Assembly: GCA_021613535.1 (NCBI GenBank)
Contig: CP075497.1
Span: 7,254,001 to 7,318,000, forward strand
Source of the DNA: Adineta vaga
Lineage: Eukaryota; Animalia; Rotifera
Direction of reading: 5' to 3'
Length of the DNA: 64,000 bases
The notes beneath the pieces were generated by a model. It was not told the origin of the DNA, searched no databases, and saw only the letters and a program-made list of their open reading frames with translations. Below, one piece after another: positions 11,963 through 27,801 of the stretch. Made by a program: the position numbers and the translations under genes. The first letter of the stretch is position 1, and every line of letters starts with the position of its first letter.

Positions 11963-14900
11963 ATATAAATTGCAATATATAAACATTTCAATATAATCCA
12001 GCTTCTTTCAATTCAACAGATATGTAATATGAGCTTATCGTTAGGTTTTCTATTTTTATTACTAATGGCTAATAATTTTTGATTCAAATTTTTTAACAAT
12101 AAATTAACGATTGTTTTTCGTATTTTTACAAAGTTTATTGATTGCCTATGAAGATACCTTGAATTGTACATATTCTTCAAAAATGACTTCACTATTCATC
12201 TCTACTTCCTTGAAGCATGGTGTTAGCAAACGAAGTTTCTCAACATCGAATAATATATGACGAAGTCTGTCTGATGTCCTTCAGAACTTGATGTGTTTTT
12301 AATTATTAATCAATAAATAATAACAACAATTAACAAATATAAATTCTTTCACATGGTCATTGCTATTCTAGTAGAATAAATCGATTGTATTTTGATAATA
12401 GCAAAATAACATTTAAAGATTCTCTATTACATAGAAAGAGTTTACAAAATATTCTCAATATAAAAAACAAGCAAGATTAATATCGATATCTGTTCTTGCA
12501 TAAAGTCGTATTTTCTACTAAACCATAGACGTGTTGAAAAGAAATGTCATATACTACTTGTTTCGTTGATTAATTAGCTGAGTATACATACAATAACAAA
12601 GAGAAAAGTAATGAAAAAAACATTATTTATATTTCAGTCAGATGATCAGTATTGTTTATTCTTGTCAGTTTTTCATCGTTGAGTAGTGCATGAATGATAT
12701 AGAATCGAGGACTAATGATATTCTACAGCTGTTACTTCAAAGATTTTATTAACTCCGAAAGAGAGACTCAATTCATTTTATGGAGCTTGAAATGAAGTGT
12801 TAACTGCTTGAAACTTCAATATTATTTTGATAACAATAGATAAATGATATCTGATATAGTTCGCTTATTTGTTTATAATGAAAGAAAAAAAGAATAAGTG
12901 CAGACAATCCGACACGCGCACAATTGTAGCTATATACACAATAGATGAAGACGAAAAAAAACCGATATGACGTTATACAAAAAACCTTGTTTTGAAGAGT
13001 AGAAAAGAAGTGAATAGTCTATTCATTTTTAATACTTTTCAGAAGCACACATTAATATATAAAACAAACTACTTTTTTTTTCAAAAAGCTTGGTAAGTAA
13101 AAGAGCAGTACTTCACATTCGCATCAATAATTCTTCGTCTATTCTTTCAACAATGTCTCAATGTAAGAAATACTTGCGAACAAATTGAAAACTAACCTTG
13201 AATTTAGGTTTATTTCAAGTATTTCACTTAAAAAAGAATTTGATTTTCATCTCTCATAGAAACAAAAGTTGTTGTTGTACATCTTCTTAAATCATAGAAT
13301 AAGATAATAGTTGAATAAAAAAAAGAAAGTCGCATGTTTAACTCATATATTTAAAGATTATCAGGTAGCAGCGTAGAAGAATAAATATAGATCTTTATTT
13401 GAGAGACCTCTCAAATTTCTTTTTCTTATTTGAAAATATAATCTGGAAATTAAATACATAAAAGATGATCTTTTAAGATCGTTTACTCAAGAGAGAAAAG
13501 TCCAAATATTTTGACATTGAAAAAATGCGAACAGACTCATATCATTCGTCTTCGTTTATGACTTTTGGGCTGTTTTCATTGATAGACATTCTTTATTCAG
13601 TTATGTTATTGTTTTTCTGACAACGACTCAATGCTTCATTAGTCCTTGTCTTTTTTTTCTTCTCTTGATCATAACTAAGAAATTTTACCGATCAAACAAC
13701 TACGACATCATCATCGCCTTTTTTTCTCGATTGGATTGTTTGGAAAGTAAAACGATATTATTTGCATAAAATTTACCGTTGGATTTAATCAACCGTAACA
13801 TTTTAATAGTCGAATATATTCTAATTGAAAAACAAACGATGCTTCACACCGAATTTGTATATCATTTCGTGTAAGTACAGTATTCGAAGAGAAAAAAACT
13901 TCAATAAACCGAAGTTTTTTCTTTTCAATCAAGTTTTTTTTTAACTATCATTGGTTTTATGTCGACTATAATATTCTGTGTAAGCAGTATAATATATGTA
14001 TTTTTATCCTTGTATGATAAAATAAAAATAATAAATGTGTCGCTCGCACATAACGACACGTGTGTGTATGCTTTCTAATCACCTATCATTAATATCGACG
14101 ACATATATACTTAGTTATTATCACAAGTAATCATTCAATTTCAAGAATATTCTGTTAAATTAACAGAAATTAGAAAATAAACGTATCTGTATCGATATAT
14201 ATATATATATATATATTTATAAACAAGTCTATTAATCATTGAAACATGTGTCGATAACTCTATATAACTATTTTGAATTCTCAGTAGGGTTCTTTCTTTT
14301 CGCCGTCATCAAATACTCATATTGAGATGATAATGTTTTGTCTGTTGTTGGTCTTTTTTACTGTTATTACTAATCTTGAATAGGGATGCGTCCGATACGA
14401 ATATCATCAATGTTGTTATTGATGTTATTTTTCTTCGTGTCTCATCTAAGACAATAAAAAAAAGAGAAAAGAATGAATATATCTACACGGAATGTCAAAT
14501 ATTTGCACATATGATCATCATCCTTTTCTTCTTACTTGATTTTGAGATATCCCACCTACATTTTATATACTTAGGCAAAAATAAGGGAGAAAGAGAGAAA
14601 GAATATATCTATTAATACCTTGTAAGACATGTTTGTCTGTATTCATTTTTCTCATATATTTATATGATATTGTGATGACATATAGTCAAAATATTTTTTC
14701 AATGAAATCAGTATTTTTATTGATTCTCTTTTCTCCTGATATAAACAGAATTTTATATGACTAACCATTTATGACTTGTATTCTTTGTGATAAATAAAAA
14801 TATTTATGTCTGGTTTCTTTTATCTTCATACATAGATTCGTATTCTTGTAAATGTAATGTAAAGATGTGTTTTTTCTTCTTCTTTTTTCGAGGAGTTTTG

Positions 14901-15805
14901 TTTGTTCTAGAATATGTCAAAGATCTCTAGCAATCGGAGTCTAGTGAACTTTAGAATATTATTTTTTTATGCTTCCTATCTCTAAATACAAACATGTGCA
15001 TACATATGGCTTCGTTTTTTGAATATCTTAAAGGCTTAATAAGAATGATGATGCGATCAATGTTGAATAGCAATGAGTATTTTTAACTATGTTGAATAAA
15101 ATAATTTTTATTAAGAATTGAAATAACATGTCAATTTTTGAGAAAATGTCAAAGAAAAATAATATGTTAAGTGTTTTTGAATAGTTTTTCTTTTCGAATG
15201 GATAAAAAGACTTAAGTGAAAATTCAAGTGGAATGTAAGACGTTCTTTCTTCTTTTTCTCGCGTATAAAAAGGCTCACATAGACATACTTCGCATCACCT
15301 TTCTTTTTTGTAATCAATCGAATAAATCTTTTCTAAGTGATCTTACATTGTTCACGAAATCTGCTGAAAAATAATTCTCTTCAGGTAATTGACATAACCT
15401 TGTTAGTTAAAAAAAATCTTTGAAAGTTATTGATTTTTCAAGGTAAAAGTAAGTTTTGAACAAAAAGAAAAACCCTGAAATAATTCGTTTTTTTTCGTCG
15501 TCTCTTTTTTCTTCTTCATATTCTCAGTTTTGGTACAGACATTCTTTCTTTTCTTGTTTGTTCTATATTCCACACACATCATATACAGACACATATACTT
15601 CTCTTTCTCTCATATTCTCTCTTTATTTCAGGTCGACCTTAACTGAAGCGGCTTGATGGTGTCGACGAATGAGTCAACAATATTGATGATGTTCTTCATC
15701 ACCATCATTCATACTAGTCGCTATTTATATCATCAAGAATTTCTCTTCTCATCATCCATCCATTACTAATAATTAAGACTATACATATATGATTTAAGTA
15801 ATATA

Positions 15806-18800
15806 ATGTTCTTCGGGCGGTTTTTGCTCGTTATTGTTTTCCTCTCGACATTCATCAGTACTGTTAATACTACCAATCAATTAGATAATGATCAGCAACG
15901 ATCTTCATTAGATCAATCTTTGTCATCAATAAACAATAAGAATGAATGTCAAACATCATGTTCAATTGATTATTGTTTACAATATCAATCATTAAATAAA
16001 AATTGTTCCAAATTCATTCGTGATCAATGTGATTGTTGTACTGTTTGTTTACGTACAGAACATCAAGTATGTGGTGGTCATTTAAATGTTTATGGTCTAT
16101 GTGAACAAGATTTATTATGTTATAAATCCAATAAAACTTCAAATAATCTCAGTGAACAAACTGGTGTATGTATGAAAGGTAATACGAATGAGATCATTGA
16201 AATTACGTAAAGAAAGATTTCTTTTTTTTTCTTAGCATGTTTAAAATTCCGATGCTTATCTATAAATATTAATAATAAAACAATCTGTGAATGTTCTAAT
16301 CGACGTATACCGTGCGAGATAAATACGGATGAACAAAATTTAAATGATGATAGTAAGATGACATATCATACTTGTGAACAAGAATCTGTATCTTATCAAA
16401 AACGAGAATTGAGTTGGTTTACGACCTACGATGGTAAATATAATTTTATTATAGGAAAGTTATTTATTATTATATCAATCATCATTATTTATATATATTC
16501 ATTCATGTTTCTTGTCGTCATATTAACACACATTATTCTTCTTTCTTGTTCGCTTTTTGTATCGAAGACGACCGATAAGTGTTATCGGATGTAGGTAGTA
16601 CTTCCCGTAAACATGACATGTTTATCCTTGAATTGCTTAGATGAATAGTGTGTGTATAACAAACTATCTACTCTTTGATTCTGATTGACAAACATAAAAG
16701 GTCAAACATCTGTCTGTATCGCCATTACAAGAGTAAAAAACGAGAAGTTATTATCGTTTAATTGAACAACTGTCCTACATAGATAGATATCGAAGTTGTC
16801 CCATTATTAGATATCATAGTGAGAGGTTTTTGTAGATTTAGCTGTTATGTATGTATATCAAATGACGAACGAAAGATCATTAATGTCAAGCTAATCAATT
16901 GTTAAATTTTGTCAACTTTTAATGAATATAATTCTATTTTGTGTTGGCTAGACAAATGACAAAGACAAGAGAAACAGACATATGGTATTGATCAAGATAG
17001 AACATTTGTTTCTGACCTTTTGATAGTTAAGTTTGTATACATATGTCGAACTCTCTTAATGAAACATTAAGATTCTTCTGGCAACAGATCAACTGAACTG
17101 AAAACTTGAATAATGATAATGTCAGTTTTTTCATTGATATGTGTTATAAAACAGAACCATATATCTATATATAGCTTCTTTTCTACCAAGAATTCTATGC
17201 ACGTATGAATAAATCATCTGAGAACTGTATCATTCAACTCTGTTTCTTTTCAGCTTGAGGTGTAATGTGAGATAAGCCATGAAAATAGACATATACATAG
17301 CAACGACAGATTTGTCAAGAATTTTGTTCTGTATCAATGTATACGATATAAAAAAATGAAAGTCATTAATATTATTGTTTCTTTTCTCAATTATATAATC
17401 ATCATTGAATGATTATGTCTATAATGATATTAAAAAAAAAGATTTCATTTAGATAATGAAGATGATATTGATTGTTCAACTATTGTTTGCCACACTACTT
17501 CCATCAATCCATCGCATTGTCCACCAGATAGTTATTTTCTTGAAGATCGTACATCAATCGTACGAGTTTCATCATCATCATCTTCATCAAAGAATCTTTC
17601 AACAGTCTGTTGTGAACCTCGAGGACAATGTGTTTGTTCATCATGTCCAAAAACGACCTGTGGAGAAAATGCCATTATACAAATCTATCGAACAGGCAAT
17701 CCAAATCTTCCCGGACAATGCTGTGATCAATATACTTGCATTAAGAGTAGGTGAGATTTAGGGAAATGTAATAAACTATTAGTTAAGAAAATCCTTTGCT
17801 TTTATATTTCAATCTAGATTCAAAACAATGTCATCATGATAAGAAAATCTATAGTGAAAATGAAACATGGTCAATTGATCATTGTACAACATGTATATGT
17901 CGTGATGGATTCGTTGATTGTACTATGATACAATGTCCAACTTATACACATTGTGGTTATATGTATAAACCAGAAAATGAATGTTGTCCTAAATGTGGTG
18001 GTTAGTTAAATCAAGATATCGTTTATGACTTTATTTTTTTTTAATGTTTAGGTTGTTTGAATGATCGTTTTCATGTTCAACATATGAATTCGACTTGGAT
18101 GGAATCCAATGGTTGTATGAGATGTTGGTGTGAAAACGGACGATCACGTTGTTTTGCTGAAGGATGTATTGCTCCACCTTGTGACAATCCACGTCAAATA
18201 GAGAATGTCTGTTGTCCAGTATGTGATGATGCTGATGTTGATGATCATAATAATGTATATCCTGCCACATCAACACTAACAACAACAAATACATGTCCTC
18301 AACTTGAAAAATGTTCATTAATATGTGAACATGGTTTAGCTAAAGATGCACAAGGTTGTTTCATCTGTGCTTGTTCTACAATGGCATGTCCAGCACCTCT
18401 ATGTACATTTAAAATTGATCGAGCAGCGAAACAATATTGTGCATGTACGTCACCAACGGGTCTCAATTGCGGTGAATTGAATTGTGCGAAACATTGCCCG
18501 TATAATTATACAATCAATAAAGAAACAGGTTGTCCTATGTGTGAATGCAATTCATGTCCGGTATTAGCTTGTACAAAAAATTGTACTTATGGATTGAAAC
18601 GAAATGAAATTGGTTGTCCAATATGTGTTTGTGGAAGTAATATTACTATGCATAACAATACGAAACCAACTGATTTGATAATACATTCATGGCCACGACA
18701 ATGTCTTTCAGGACAATTTTCTTATTCCAATGGTGAAATTTGGTTTGATGGCTGTCGTCAATGTTTATGCCATCGAGGAGAACCCTTGTGTGCACTTATA

Positions 18801-20277
18801 TCATGTCCAACTCCTAAATGTTCGAAGCCTATTATTTTACCTAATCAATGTTGTCCTACATGTCCAGGTAATTTTTATTCATAAAAATGATCCTCTTAAT
18901 AGTCGATATTTGCTTTCTTTTATATAGAAATTCCTATGTTGCCTCAACCTATACCATCATCACAAGTATGTTATGCCAGTCAATATGTGACTGGTGAAGA
19001 ACTTGAATTTGATAAATGTACAAAATGTATATGTTTACATAACATCGCATTCTGTAGTATATCATTATGTCCTCCACTTCATTGTTCATCTCCAGTCTAT
19101 GATTCATCTTTATGTTGTCCCATATGTCCACCAACATCATCTGAATCAATATCTTCAACTGAATTAGCAACGATAGATGACGATGTTTGTATACTTGATA
19201 ATGGAATAATAAAACGTGCAGGTGAATTATGGAAACATGATGATTGTAAATCATGTCTTTGTCCACGTGGTGGTAATGGACATGTGGAATGTTTTTCACA
19301 AACCTGTGAACGAAATTTACCATGTTCAAATCCAGTTTTAAAAAAAGGACAATGTTGTCCATTTTGTCTTCCACATACGGCTGCTATTGCTGTATGTATT
19401 TTCAATTATGTTCAATACCGTTCAGGTGAACATTGGAATGTAAGTAAACGATTTCTTCTTGATGGTTTTTCTCTCATATCTCACGAAATATAAAATTCAT
19501 CTTTGTTTTTTAGGTCAGCGAATGTCATCGTTGTGAATGTTTATACGGTACAATTGTCTGTCATCAACATCAATGTCCTTCATTATCTTGTGTACATACA
19601 GTTACATTATCAGGTCATTGTTGTCCTATCTGCCGTGATCAATTATCATTTCTAAACGAACAGAATAAATGTACGTATGGAATAAAACGAAACTATTAAA
19701 ATATTGTTCTCTTTTTTCTTATATTTTAGTTCCTATAACTCAATCTCGTTTTGGTATAACAATTATTATCTCATTTTCCATACTGATCCTTATTCTTATC
19801 CTAATTATTATGATTCTTATTTTTATCCTATTACGTGGCGCACATCGAACTCTAGCAGCTACCAATCAATTACCCACAATTCATCATCGTTCACCAAAAA
19901 ATTCTCATCATCCGCCAGGAATGAATTCTAAACCATCGAGTTTTTATGCACATGTAAAATATGATTTAATGTCCATATCAAATGACAAGCACAATGCTAA
20001 ACAAGGTTTATCATCATTGGAACAAACATCCACACATTCAATGATTGGAACAAATACAACGACGACAACAACAGGTACAAGTTCATTAAATCATGAACTA
20101 GAACCTGGAACATGGACTGAATATGATATGATGTTACATGGTAGTGTTAGCAGTAGTAATGATGGTGATGTAGATCATGATATAAGTAGTAGTGACATTG
20201 ATGAATCTCATCGACAACGATTATCTCAACCTCAAATTCAACTAGTTTCTGGACCTCCTACTATAATCTATGTTTAA
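15806..20277 (+). CDS. CRIM1: Cysteine-rich motor neuron 1 / crossveinless-type BMP modulator
   Basis: Signal peptide, IGFBP domain (CDCCTVC...CGG...GLCEQDLLC), multiple VWC repeats (CCPxC), antistasin repeats (C...C..G...D..GC..C.C), TM helix (~19750-19830) and cytoplasmic tail. Confidence 0.92.
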
Positions 20278-21779
20278 CTCTTCTTGTAAAATATTCGTCT
20301 TACTTCGAAGTAGAGATAATGAATTTTTGTTTTTCTTCTTCTGTAAATAGAATCTCTTCTTTGTTCTCAGATAGAACTGGCGATTTTTATTTTATTTGTA
20401 TCATAAAAAAAACAACATTTGAGAGAAAAAATGTGTGTTTGTAAGCATTCTGTGGCAGCTTTTTTTAACCTTTCTACACTCATGTATTGAAATAAACGTA
20501 AAATTGAAATTCTTATTAATTTATATTTCATTAAAGAATGGATTCTGAAAGTCTTGTCACATGGTGTGATACTTGAACGTGGTTGTTTTTCTCCACAAAA
20601 AATATAATTGAATGTTGTCTTACGAAGAAAACTTTAAGAGAAGAACAAAAAGATTAAAAAAATAATAAACAGGTACAGCGAATGCATATACGAAAGATTT
20701 AATGAAATTACTTTGTTTCGATGAAATCTATTCTAATAGGATCAAGTACTTATGTTTCTGGAATATTTCTTTGACTAACTCGTATTCATTTAGTGACCAT
20801 TTTCTGATTTTTAAATGAAATCAAGTCAACACTATATCAGCTGGTACACATAACCTGGTACTTCAGTGGCATAAGTTCGAAATTAACACATTGACAGAAG
20901 TATCTTTGTGTAAAACAATTAGCTTCTAATAGTTTGTTGTCTACCTTGGCGGTGATCTACAAAACTATTTTCGCGCAACGGTTTAGGACTTAGTCATTCT
21001 GAATTTGTATGGCATTATATTCTATAAATGGTGACCGATAAATTAGCATAAAAATAGGATTGATTGGCTTATACTGATAAAACATAGTGCTAACAAAAAC
21101 GAATCTAATTGAATTATCCTTTGGATTGACATCAGCCCGATTATATTCTAAGGATACACAGGAGTCTTTATTTCATATAGTAGTATGATAGCACTGTTTT
21201 ACAAAATATTTTTATCACATATCTCATGTATAACTTGTGAGAAGACTAAACTCAATACTAAGAAATAAAAAATCAGCCGGATGAATTCATTCGATATACA
21301 TATTAAATCTTGCGAAATTGAAATAACAATCCAGTATAAAGGGCAGAGCCGAGATGGATGCGAGTATATATGTCTGTGAGTGTTTGTAGATCTGCATGAG
21401 CATGTGAGCATAGTTGAGTGTGAATGCAAATAAATATTGTACTCTTACACAGCCACCCATACTTATCTCATATCCTCAAGATTTATTTCTAGGAATAAAA
21501 CTTATTTATTGTTATTTTATATTTACTCTACTAGAGATAAATGATTATCATGTATGAAAATATTGTTAGACTAAGTATACAATATTAGAATTCGACGAAA
21601 TGATTGTACAGAGGTCAGTAGTAGTTTCTCTATTCATCAATGCTCGCTTGTTTGATTGGTATATTTCGGTCGAACGAGCTTCTTCACACATATCCATATG
21701 GTAAAGGTCTTTCTCTTTCAGTTAAGTCTACTAACTAATATAACACGATTATCCTTTTGCTACATCTACGTTGAAAAAC

Positions 21780-23146
21780 ATGACTGAAGTAACAACGGTT
21801 CCGGTTTTGGTTCCAACACCTTCTACAGTTCCTCTTACTACTATGGAGAATTTATTTTCAATCACATATCAATTCTTTGATCAATATCGTTCATCTATTT
21901 TTCTTTTCACGGGAACAAGTATAATGCTTTGATCATCTCATATCAATCTTTAAATCACACTTTTTTGCTAGTGATGACAGCATGGTTATATAATAAATTC
22001 TGGATTAATCGAAAATTCTATCCAACTATGCAATTAATGCAAGGTAAAACTGTACTTATTACTGGCGGATATACAGGTATTGGATATGAAACAGCGAAAG
22101 ATCTTCTTCGACGAGGTTTGCTACGTTAATCATTGATTGTTATTTGACTAAACTCTCGTATTCTATAGGTGCTCGAGTAATAATTACTTGTCATGATCTC
22201 TACGAAGGTCGTCGAGCTATTCGACAACTCCGTGCAGAAACAGAATGCGAAGAAAAAAATCTCCATTTAATGGAATGTGATTTATGTTCTCTTGATTCTG
22301 TTCGTCAATTTGCTGAATTGTATAACAAAGAAGAAGAACGACTTGATGTATTTATTTGTAATTCAAATGTGATGTGGTCAAACGATGTTGTTACAAAACA
22401 TGGATTCAATACTATTATTCAAGCGAATTATCTCAGCCATTTTCTATTAACAAATCTTCTATTGAATAAATTAAAACAAAGTCGACCAAGTCGAATTATA
22501 AATGTTTCATCAAGTGCACATCAACGTTTGAATACTGAATGTGAAAATTATTTATATGTATTTTTTCGTTTATGTATTTAGTTGTTCAAAATATCGATTG
22601 GGTTGATGCCTTAACTCAATTTAAAACTAAATATGTATGGGATGCTTATCTGACATCGAAGGTATTTCAAATATTATCAGCATACAAGTTCAAACATGAT
22701 TTATTACCAAGTTAGTTGTGTTTAGGTTTTTTCTCTATTGAAGTTCTTCGTTTTTTTTCTTGTGTTTAGCTAACGAAGTCAATGTATTTGCAGTAAATCC
22801 AGGATGGGTTTGGACATCCGATCGTCTATCATTAATCAGAGCTCTTGGATTTTATCCATTTTTGATTATTTATCCCATTTTACGTTTATTTAAAATCGCT
22901 TTTGCACTTAAATATAAAACAGGTGCACGAACAGCAATTTATTGTGCTGTTGAACCTACATTAGAACATTCGAATCATCTCTATTTTGAGTAAATATCTT
23001 CAAGTGACGATCTGAAAAGTATAAACAGTAGTATTTTCTTCTATTTTAGTCGTTGTATGGTCGATTTACCATCATGGTTATGTACTGATGATGAATATGC
23101 TAAACAATTATGGAAGATAAGTTGTGAAGCAGTTCAACTTGAATAA
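21780..23146 (+). CDS. Retinol dehydrogenase 11/12/13-like short-chain dehydrogenase
   Basis: TGGYTGIG Rossmann motif, CDLCSLDSVRQF, SRIINVSSSAH, catalytic AYLTSK, VNPGWV, LWKISC; N-terminal hydrophobic segment. Confidence 0.9.
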
Positions 23147-23751
23147 TCTTTGATTGTATATATCAATCATCTAGTCCAGTTTTGTGTATCTGTATCTATT
23201 CAGGCAATTGTTATAAGTGTAATACTCGCAAAAGAAATAAATTTCATTTTTTTACAATTTGAATTTGTTATATCAATGAACAGTTCACAAATGAATCATC
23301 TAAACTTTTGATTTATGTCATTTCTTTTCTCGTAAAGAAAACTAATTTAGGTTTTTAACACGTTTTATACTCAACGAGAAATTTAATGATATTTTATTCA
23401 AGTATACTTTGTAGAAAGAAAATTATAGACTGAAAGAAACAAAAAACGATGAGATATTATTTAAAGACACACAAAAGCTTCATTTCATGACCTTAGATAT
23501 GTGATCATTTCGTTAACAAAAAAAACCTTCTCTCAGATCACCTGCCTGTTTTTTTCAATATCAATTTTCTATTTCTATTTAGTTTTTTGTTTCATTGATA
23601 AATAAAATAATATGATCCTTCAAATGTACACACGAAAAAAGAAGTGTTTTGTTCATATTCGATACTAAAATTGTCAAAGATTTTATTCCATTGATTCAAT
23701 CAAACATATTAAAAAAATAACTGAGAGATATAATAAAGATTCTTCTTTTAT

Positions 23752-26700
23752 CTACACCCAAATTCCACTTGGGCATAATTTCCATAGAGTACTATTCACG
23801 AATTGTAAACGAACAGGCATGAGAACATCGGTTGTTGTACCTGTCGATAATGATAATGAGGAAGTTGTGGATGGAAGTGAATTGTACTGTTGTGGAGCAG
23901 ATGTATACGAAGGATGTAGAAAACCTACAAGAAAAAAATCGATGTCAATTATGAATACAAGGAAAATCGATCTTGAAAGTGAAATAATAGTGACACATGC
24001 GCGGAATGAAATTGATGAAATTTTGAAGCTGAGAAAATAAAAAGCGAACCTCATCTAAATAGTTTTTTTTATATTTCAACTAGAAATTATAGAAACGATG
24101 TAGAAATTAAGAGAATCATTGATTTTATTTGAAAAAACTTACTATTTATAAGTAAATCATCTAATTTAATTAATTCATTTTCAAGTTCATTAATTTGTTC
24201 TCGACGTTCTTGTATAATTCGTTCAATTTCATTGTTATGTTGACTTAATACATGTACTAAGTCTTCTTGTTGCGTTAGAGAAGCAGTAGAACGTTCAAGA
24301 TCAAGTTGATATTGACTGATATCCTAATAAAAGTGAGAAATTTAACAATGTAAAGAATTTTTCTTTCTTTTTTTTCAAACCTTCTTCTCATTTATAGAAG
24401 TCTTTTGTATTTGTTCAACTTCTTCATGTATTTGTTCGATATTTAATTGAATTTGTTCTTGTAATTGTCGTTTTTGTTCTAGTGTTGTTGAACAACGTGT
24501 TATTTGATCCTGAAGATGTTCATAATTTGAATGTAATTTCCTTTCATAATCTAATTCTTTATCTAATTCATTTTTAGAATATTCTTCAGAATAAATCGAA
24601 CAATCTGAAGTTAATTGATTATCATGATCGGTAAGATGATGAATTTCATTTTCTCGATGAGCAATTTCTGAAAAAATAGAAAAGAAAATAAAAGTTTCTT
24701 TTTCATTAATTTGATTGATACAACCTTTTTGTTTATCATTGAGTTCTTTTTGTTGTTGTTCAACGTGAATTTCTTGGGATTTGAGCATTTTTAATAAATT
24801 AATATATTGTTGCTGTTGATGTAATTGTATGGAATTAGTATTCGGATTATGAACAATACGAAATGCACTCGTATCATTTCCAGATGATGATGATGAGAGA
24901 GCAGATTTGGGTCGAGAACGACGATTTGTATGCTGATTATCTAATGTACCTAAGTCTTGTTCAATTATTTGAATTGGTGTACGTGATGAACGATTTTTTT
25001 CAATGTAAAATGATACTGGTGGCGAACTATCACTACTGTTTAAATGATTATTATTGTTATTATTGATATTCTCGGATGGAAAGATATGACGTAAATGTGA
25101 ACGTTTTCTTTTTTCCGAAGATTTTATTGATGATGATGATGATGATAATGTTGCCGAACCATTATGATTATTATATACTGTTCGAAAATGACCAGATGTC
25201 GAAGACAATGATGATGATGAGGTAACAGCTGAAGGTACTGAAATATGACCGATAATCAGTATTGTTTGAGAAGAAAAAGAAAACTTAAGAAAATTCTTCT
25301 CAAATTTACTTCGTTCTTTTTATGATTGTTTATTTGCATTATCCTACATCATTAACTTTCTTGACGCGATGGCTAGCTCTTTTTTTATTTTTGTTTCACA
25401 TGCACAACGATGAACTTTACTTTGTGTATATATACATACATGTATGCGTATGTATGAACGACTAACGGCTATACATGTTAAAATATGTGTCAAGGTAGAT
25501 TGTGTACATATGTGTGGTTAATGTTAGTCACTGACTTTTTTCAATTGATCGAAGAAAAAGAAGTTATGAAATCTATTCAAATACTTTAGAGTATTTTTTG
25601 AAATTTGAACTTTCGATTACTTTAGAAAGTTATTTAATACAAAAATTGATTATCTCTAGTTCCAATATTCTACTGTATGTCACGTTTGTTACGTCATGTT
25701 TATTATTTAAAATTGACAGATAGACAAACAGATGGTGACAAACAGCCGTTCATCAATGAGTCTTGTATAGTATACTAATCTTTTTAACGAACATGCAAAC
25801 GACAAGCCGATTAGAATAGAGGTACTCGATATTAACTTCATTCATCTTTTTTTTTCCTTCTTTTATCGGCATTATATATTTACGTATGTTGTTCAATCGC
25901 AATGAAAGGATACTTCGTACTGTTTGTTGTCTGATGCTAAGTGATCTACATATATGTATGTATACATATGATTACATAGTGGTGGTAGTACTACTATTCG
26001 ATCGATAAAGGAGTATCAATAGATCATAATAATGGTGTTGCTTTGAACTTTTACATGAAAATAATGCATTAGACCGAAAGGAGTGGATGGATAATGGAGA
26101 GACTTCTATAGAAAAAAAAGTGCAATACAAACACTTGGAGTAGCCATCTTGTCTCTTAAGAAAAATTTATGACATGACATGTGTACACTTAAGATTAGAA
26201 ATAAAAGGAGAAAAGAAGAAGAAAAATGAGGTATCAATGCAAATTATATCTGCTTGATATGCTTCAAAAATATGGTGCCTTACTGAATCGAATTATTGGT
26301 CAAGGTTTTATACGTGCTTATAAAATAATAAAGAAAGACGAAATCTCAACATACTTTCTACAATTGATTCTTGTTGTTGTTGTTGTTGTTGCTGCTGCTG
26401 CTGTAGAGGTGTTTTTCGTCCATCTAAACTTTTCGAACGTTTTTGAGTTTGTGATGAATCTGAATTTGATGAATTTTGTTTTAAAATATAAGTCCAATCA
26501 GGATGATGAATAAGTTCATGAGTTAATTCATTGGGTGATAGTATTCGTTGTGTTCCATCAGGAGCACGTTCAATCAGAGAATAACGTCCAGCTTTTCCCT
26601 TATATTGAGCTAGTGCAATAATAATATCATGAACAGTAGTTGTTCGAGTTAAATCACAGATGATGCGCGCAACACCATCAACATACACTCGAAGGTCCAT
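23752..26700 (-). CDS. N-terminal Ras-association domain protein (RASSF7/8 family)
   Basis: MDLRVYVDGVARIICDLTRTTTVHDIIIALAQ..G..GRYSLIER RA domain, coiled-coil exons at 24140-24800, C-terminal PSGIWV*. Confidence 0.88.
26367..26404 (-). repeat. (CAG/CAA)n coding polyglutamine tract
   Basis: 12 consecutive Gln codons in RASSF exon 1. Confidence 0.9.
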
Positions 26701-27801
26701 ACTGGCGCATCGTGTGTTGTTTTACTTGAGAGTATAAAGAGAGAGGGAGAAAGAGAGAAAGAAAGTAGTAAGAACAGAACACATACAACAAATTTCACAA
26801 TCAATCACTGATGCTTAGTAGAAGTAGTCGTCGTCACTGCTGCCGAACGAATGTAACAAAGAAGAGGGAAGAGATTCACGTCTAAGCAAATAAAAGGAGA
26901 AGGAGAAGAAGAAGAAGAAGAAGAAGACGAAGAAGGAATAAAATCAGATAGAAATAGACGAACATATATATATATACATATACACATACAATTCGATGTG
27001 TGTACTGAGGCTTGCCAACGACCATTCAATCATTGGTAAATGAAAAATATCGTATGGACTATCATCTTAAGATATAGGTATACATACAAGGAAAGAAATA
27101 CTACCTATACGTGAACTAACAATGAATACATATGCTTAGATTGACCGTATTTGAAGAAGAAAAACAAAATATGTATAGAATGATATCTTCGTCTATTAAA
27201 TCAACTTTGTTTATTACTAACAATCTTCTTCTCTTTGATCTCCACAAAGAAATGAAATAAGCGGGACATTAATCATATCGTACCCTCATGAAAATACAGT
27301 AGTAGTATTTCATTGAATCTAATTTTCTTGAAATCCAACAATAGATTTTATATCTTGGAGATTTTACATTCAATACAAAATAAAGATCAATACAATAGTA
27401 TTTTTTTGACATTCACTATTCAAGTAATCATTAATCTTGACGGATTAGCAATCTTAATTGTCAAATGATGAATTAAAGATTACAAAAGAAACGTTACTAT
27501 GACGTAAAAAAGGGCTCTTTTAAAATACATCAATTGATTTGATATTCTAAGAAAATCGATTGTTTCTTAGTAACGAACTGGTTTCACTTATTTCTCTATT
27601 CTCTTTCTAAAGATGACGAGTCGTTCTTTTCTCTTTCTAACATGCATAGCATTCCCGACGTGCATTGTTCAAGATCGAATCGGTCATCATTTTATCTAGA
27701 AGAGAAAAAGAAAACGAACGAAACGAACTATAGCAATATATAACACATCATTCGTTTGTTTGTACATCTACACACTTGAACACATCTTAAAGCGAAGAAA
27801 A

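Noticed and set aside
18949-19405. Antisense ORFs over CRIM1, and similar shadow ORFs over M28, ADCK5 and AFG3L2
   Set aside because: They are opposite-strand or alternate-frame shadows of well-supported exons, with no motifs of their own.
21349-21480. Loose inverted repeat, MITE-like
   Set aside because: The arms match poorly and no TSD is evident.
25310-25339. Possible alternative first exon of RASSF (MQINNHKKNE)
   Set aside because: Its donor is phase 0 whereas the next acceptor needs phase 1.
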